This document shows positions 59,788-64,000 of a stretch of DNA of 64,000 nucleotides, piece after piece. Location: positions 1 through 64,000 of the forward strand of contig JBDRPD010000096.1 in assembly GCA_043827405.1 (NCBI GenBank), given 5' to 3'. The stretch is from Elusimicrobiota bacterium. Its GTDB lineage: Bacteria > Elusimicrobiota > Elusimicrobia > UBA1565. How positions within the stretch are numbered: position 1 is the first letter of the stretch; each line of letters opens with the position of its first letter. Both the position numbers and the translations under genes were made by a program. The notes under the pieces were generated by a model. The model made no database searches, was not told the DNA's origin, and was given only the letters and a program-made list of their open reading frames with translations.

Positions 59788-60126
59788 GTGGCTGCATGCA
59801 TTTTTTGCAAAATAGCTGAAGGTTCCATTTCTTCCAGGAAGGTCTACGAGGACGGCGATACGCTGGTCTTCCATGACCTCAATCCGGTCGCGCCGACGCA
59901 TCTGCTGGTGATTCCCAAGAAGCACATCTCCAGCTTGTCGGCATCGACCGATGAGGATCAGGGCCTTCTCGGCCATCTGCAAATAACCTTGCGTAAGGTG
60001 GCCGCGGATAATGAGCTGAAGGATTTTCGCGTCGTGACCAATAACGGCCGCGGCGCGGGCCAGTCCGTTGACCATCTGCATTACCATCTGCTCTCCGGGC
60101 GCCGTATGATCTGGCCGCCCGGCTGA
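59788..60126 (+). CDS. HIT-family nucleotide-binding protein (HinT-like)
   Basis: CIFCKI, HLLVIPKKH, GQSVDHLHYHLLSGR..WPPG. Confidence 0.93.
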   Translation: MAACIFCKIAEGSISSRKVYEDGDTLVFHDLNPVAPTHLLVIPKKHISSLSASTDEDQGLLGHLQITLRKVAADNELKDFRVVTNNGRGAGQSVDHLHYHLLSGRRMIWPPG

Positions 60127-60177
60127 AAGGATTTGATACTCGATAAGCTGTGTGGGCTTAGGCGGTGATTATTATTT

Positions 60178-60375
60178 ATGGTATTTGTTAAAATTCGCGA
60201 CGGAGAAAGCATCGAAGAAGCTCTCCGCCGCTTTAAGCGCGAGTGCGAGCGCAATGGTATCCTCAAGGAGATCAAGCGCCGTGAGCACTTCATAGCGCCG
60301 AGCATCCGCCGTAAGCTGAGGCAGCAAGAGTTGCTGCGCAAGCTCCGCCGACTCAAACGCCGCCGCCGTGTCTAA
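60178..60375 (+). CDS. rpsU: 30S ribosomal protein S21
   Basis: ESIEEALRRFKR..IKRREHF..PS. Confidence 0.95.
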   Translation: MVFVKIRDGESIEEALRRFKRECERNGILKEIKRREHFIAPSIRRKLRQQELLRKLRRLKRRRRV

Positions 60376-60393
60376 CCCGTATCAGGAGGGCTG

Positions 60394-62163
60394 ATGGATG
60401 CCGAGGCCTCCCGGGAAGAGGTTCGTGACCGGAGCGACATTGTCGAGGTCGTCCGGGAGTATATCCCAAACCTGAAGCGGGCGGGACGCAGTCATAAGGC
60501 TTGCTGTCCGTTTCATCAGGAGAAGACTCCGTCGTTCACGGTAAATCCCGAGAAGCAGATTTTCCATTGCTTCGGGTGCCGTGAGGGGGGGGATGTCTTC
60601 GCGTTTGTGATGAAGTTCGAAAACATGAGTTTCCCGGAAGCTCTGGAGAAGCTGGCCGAACGCGCCGGCGTGCGCCTGGCCAAGCCCGAGCGAGCGCAGA
60701 GCCCGCAGGCCAAGGAGCGTGCCCGCGTGCGCAAGGTGCTTGACCTGGCCGGTGATTTCTATCGGGCGCATCTCGAAAAGCTGCCGGAAGACGCCCCGGC
60801 GCGCAAGTATCTCGCCAAGCGCCGGCTGGCGCCGGAGATTATGCAGGCATTCCGGCTGGGGTATGCGCCGCGCTCGGGGCCGCTGCGGGCGGCGGCGGAA
60901 AAGAAGGGCTACGCGCCGGAGCTGCTGGAGATGGCGGGGCTGGTCCGCCGGCAGGAGGGACGCGGCTATCGGGACTACTTTTGGGACCGCATCCTGTTTC
61001 CGATCGAGAACGCCAAGGGGGAGACCGTCGGCTTCGGCGCGCGGACGCTCGGCGACGGCGAGCCGAAGTACCTCAACTCGCCGGAGACCGTTGTTTTTTC
61101 GAAGGGGCGCGTCCTCTACGGCCTGCGGGCCGCGCTGCCGGCGATGCGCAAGACGCGGGAAGCGCTGCTGCTGGAAGGGTACATGGACGTGCTGACGGCG
61201 CATCAGTTCGGCGCGACCAGCGCCTGCGCGCCGCTCGGCACGGCGCTGACCGAAGAGCATGCGGTCCTGCTGAAGCGTTACGTTGAGCGGGTGATGATCG
61301 TCTTCGACCCGGACTCGGCCGGCATCAAGGCGGCCGTGCGCGGCGCCGAGATGCTGGTGGAAAAGGGGCTGGGCGTCGCTATCGCCGCGCTGCCGGACGG
61401 CATGGACCCCGATGAGCTGCTGCATGAGCGCGGTCTCGCGGCGTTCAAGGATGCGCTGGCGGAGGCGTATGATCTGCCGACGTTTAAGACCCTGCAGCTG
61501 CTGAAGGGGAAGCCCCGGCCGCTGCCGGCGGCGGAGAAGTCGCGGATCGCCGCGGAGGTCCTGGAGACGATACGGAGGTCGCCGGACGAGATTTTGAAGA
61601 GCGAGTGGATCCGCGGGCTGGCCGAACGGCTCGAGGTGGATGAGCAGTCGCTCTACCTTGAGCTGAAGAAGGGCGCGGACAAGCCGCCGGCCCGTCGCGC
61701 GGACCGGGCGTCTCTAGGAGAGCCTGTGCGCCCGCTGCCGGTGATTGAGCGCGACATCCTGTTCTATTTATTCCGTTCGCCGGGACTGGCGGTCGACGAC
61801 GAGCTGGTCGCGGAGTCGGACCTCAACGATGAGCGCGCACGCAGGATTTTCGCGGGGATGCGCAAGGCGCTGCAGGGGGAAGGCGGTCAGCCGGAAGGCG
61901 GGGAATGGACGAGCCGCTTGTGGGAGGCGTTGGCGGAGGGAGAGGCGGCGCTGGCGCGGGAGATCCTGTGCGATGAGCGGGAGGTCGGCGACCCCGCCGG
62001 CGTGCTCGCCCGGATCGTGCGTAAACGGCGCAAGGCCCGCCGGCTGGCGGAGATTGAGCCGAGCGTGCTCGCCGGGGAAAACGGGCATCCGGTCGATCCG
62101 CAGGTGCTAAAGGAGTATACTCAGCTTTTGTCTGAACTGAAAGGAACGCAGAAAGGAGAATAA
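60394..62163 (+). CDS. dnaG: DNA primase
   Basis: CPFHQEKTPSF..CFGC, KYLNSPET, EGYMDV, GTALT, FDPD, DPDE. Confidence 0.96.
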   Translation: MDAEASREEVRDRSDIVEVVREYIPNLKRAGRSHKACCPFHQEKTPSFTVNPEKQIFHCFGCREGGDVFAFVMKFENMSFPEALEKLAERAGVRLAKPERAQSPQAKERARVRKVLDLAGDFYRAHLEKLPEDAPARKYLAKRRLAPEIMQAFRLGYAPRSGPLRAAAEKKGYAPELLEMAGLVRRQEGRGYRDYFWDRILFPIENAKGETVGFGARTLGDGEPKYLNSPETVVFSKGRVLYGLRAALPAMRKTREALLLEGYMDVLTAHQFGATSACAPLGTALTEEHAVLLKRYVERVMIVFDPDSAGIKAAVRGAEMLVEKGLGVAIAALPDGMDPDELLHERGLAAFKDALAEAYDLPTFKTLQLLKGKPRPLPAAEKSRIAAEVLETIRRSPDEILKSEWIRGLAERLEVDEQSLYLELKKGADKPPARRADRASLGEPVRPLPVIERDILFYLFRSPGLAVDDELVAESDLNDERARRIFAGMRKALQGEGGQPEGGEWTSRLWEALAEGEAALAREILCDEREVGDPAGVLARIVRKRRKARRLAEIEPSVLAGENGHPVDPQVLKEYTQLLSELKGTQKGE

Positions 62164-62166
62164 GCG

Positions 62167-63879
62167 ATGTCCGGTATTTCCAAGCAGGCTTTAGGTGATC
62201 TGATCGAACTCGGCAAGGAACACGGCTTTCTAACGCTGGAAGAAATCAACCGTGCGCTCACGCGGGCGCATATGTCCTCTTCCGAGATCGACGGGCTTAT
62301 GTCGACTCTCGAGGACCTCGGTATCGAGGTCGTCAACCGCAAGAAGTACCGCATCGAGAAGCGGGCCGACAAGGAGTCCTACAGCGAAGAGTGGGAGTCC
62401 ACCCCGGATGTCTCCAACTCAATTCGCATGTACCTGTCCGAGATGGGCAAGGTGCCGCTGCTCAACCGGGAAGAGGAAGTCACCTTGGCGCGCAACGTCC
62501 GCGAGCGTGAGAAGGACCTGCGCCTGCTGGTCCTGGAGTCGCCGATCACCATGCGCGAGATTCGCAGCTGGGAGGCGCTCATCGAGCTGCAGGAGATGAC
62601 GCCGAAAGAGCTGATGCCCCGCGGCCGTAAAACCAGCGCCGAGCTTTCCGGGATGCGGCGCAAGATGCGGGCCGTATCGAGCTTTATCTCCAGGTCCGAG
62701 AAGAAGACCGAGAAGCTGCGGGAGAAGCTGAAGACGGCCAAGACCCCGAAGGCCCGGCTGAATATCCAGAAGCAGATCGAGGCCACCAATAAGGATATCG
62801 TCGGAAAAATTCTCAGCCTTAACCTCAACCAGGACAAGATCAAGCGGTTGACCAACAAGATCAAGAACATCGCCGGCAAGGTCCGCGAGTGCGCGACCGA
62901 GATCGCGTTGTACAACCGGCGCTACGGCTGCGACTACCGGCAGCTGCGCTTTTATATGAATCAGGTGGCCAAGAAGAAGATGCAGCCGCAGGCCTTCCGG
63001 GCCAAGACCGGTTATGCGCCGTCCGCTGTGGAGGCGGCGCTCGAAAACATGAAGGAGGTCCAGGAACGTCTCGATCGGCATACTCATACCCTGCCGGTCA
63101 AAGTCGACGACTTCCTCGATCTCGAACGCAAGATCGTCACCTTGGAGGAGCAGATCCTCAAGGACAAGCTGAAGCTGATCAAGGCCAACCTGCGCCTCGT
63201 CGTTTCGATCGCCAAGAAGCACGTCAACTCCAACCTGGAACTTTCCGACCTCATTCAGGAGGGCGGGCTCGGGCTGATGAAGGCGGTGGAGAAGTTCGAG
63301 TACAAGCGGGGCTTCAAGTTCTCGACCTACGCTACGTGGTGGATCCGGCAGTCGATCAACCGCGCCATCGCCGACCAGGCCCGCACCATTCGCATCCCCG
63401 TGCACATGAAGGAGCTGATCTCCAAGCTCATGAAGGTCGCGCGCCGCTTCCGTCAGGAACATGGTCGTGAGCCGACCCTCGATGAGTACTCCAAGCGGCT
63501 CCACATATCGATCGAGAAGGTCAAGAACGTGCTCAAGATCATGCAGGAGCCGATCTCGCTGTCCACGCCGATCGGCGAGGACGAGGATTCCTATTTGGAG
63601 GATTTTATTGAGGATAAGGCCGGCCCCGTGCCGTCCAACTCCGCGCATGAGTTCCTGCGCCGGGCCGAGGTGGAAAAGGTCCTCGATACGCTGACCGATC
63701 GCGAGTCGAAGATCCTCAAGCTCCGCTTCGGCATCGGCACCGGCTATCCCCGGACGCTCGAGGAGGTCGGCCGGATATTCAAGGTTACGCGCGAGCGGGT
63801 GCGGCAGATTGAGTCCAAGGCGATCCGCAAGCTGCGCCATCCGTCGCGCTCCCGCCAGCTGCGGGACTATATGGAATAA
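62167..63879 (+). CDS. rpoD: primary sigma factor
   Basis: Regions 1.1/1.2 (IRMYLSEMG), [39 protein letters not shown]. Confidence 0.97.
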   Translation: MSGISKQALGDLIELGKEHGFLTLEEINRALTRAHMSSSEIDGLMSTLEDLGIEVVNRKKYRIEKRADKESYSEEWESTPDVSNSIRMYLSEMGKVPLLNREEEVTLARNVREREKDLRLLVLESPITMREIRSWEALIELQEMTPKELMPRGRKTSAELSGMRRKMRAVSSFISRSEKKTEKLREKLKTAKTPKARLNIQKQIEATNKDIVGKILSLNLNQDKIKRLTNKIKNIAGKVRECATEIALYNRRYGCDYRQLRFYMNQVAKKKMQPQAFRAKTGYAPSAVEAALENMKEVQERLDRHTHTLPVKVDDFLDLERKIVTLEEQILKDKLKLIKANLRLVVSIAKKHVNSNLELSDLIQEGGLGLMKAVEKFEYKRGFKFSTYATWWIRQSINRAIADQARTIRIPVHMKELISKLMKVARRFRQEHGREPTLDEYSKRLHISIEKVKNVLKIMQEPISLSTPIGEDEDSYLEDFIEDKAGPVPSNSAHEFLRRAEVEKVLDTLTDRESKILKLRFGIGTGYPRTLEEVGRIFKVTRERVRQIESKAIRKLRHPSRSRQLRDYME

Positions 63880-63896
63880 TATCCGCGGAGGGACGC

Positions 63897-64000
63897 ATGC
63901 CCCCGGGCAAAGAAGACGACAAGCTCTTAAAAATCGTGCTCGGGCTCGCGATCCTGCTCGCGGGCTTTATCCTCTTCTATATCGGCTCGAAGAACCTCGC
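63897..64000 (+). CDS. hypothetical membrane-anchored protein (3' truncated)
   Basis: SD GGAGG; MPPGKEDDKLLKIVLGLAILLAGFILFYIG. Confidence 0.55.
   Translation, partial: MPPGKEDDKLLKIVLGLAILLAGFILFYIGSKNL

Overview
A high-GC bacterial chromosomal window with no integrase, transposase, phage gene or CRISPR array. The organism appears to be a diderm (AsmA, OmpA, beta-barrel and LPS-type genes); gene content and an archaeal-style DnaK suggest Elusimicrobiota, which is inference only. Layout: (1) 1-15.5 kb holds housekeeping, RNA-processing and repair genes: AsmA-like, pyrE, purB, a DUF62 remnant, RlmI-like methyltransferase, Upf1-like helicase with a Tudor tail plus a NYN nuclease, addB/addA-like, mtgA and mreB. 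(2) 15.5-34.5 kb is an accessory block of exported proteins: two zinc-metalloprotease-like proteins, two giant Gly/Cys-rich membrane-anchored proteins carrying amphipathic Trp/Cys peptides, two paralogous subtilisins, a thioredoxin, a nucleotidase-fold/beta-barrel fusion and an OmpA protein; several of its promoter regions share a recurring AGGAC-type box. (3) An SGNH hydrolase, tRNA-Phe, and an Hpt / REC-PilB-REC / GH114-like operon. (4) Surface-polysaccharide genes (rmlA, rmlC, wecB, GT9, ColD-like, GT4, FkbM, Wzx) interleaved with a Rieske-like protein, malQ, an MFS transporter and clpP. (5) CIRCE-hrcA-grpE-dnaK-dnaJ-rsmE-mtaB-REC, HIT, and rpsU-dnaG-rpoD. The best candidates for undescribed biology are the giant amphipathic-peptide proteins with neighbouring proteases, the helicase-Tudor/NYN pair, the doubly receiver-capped PilB ATPase, and several enzymes with substituted catalytic residues. 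All assignments come from motif reading by eye; no database searches were run.
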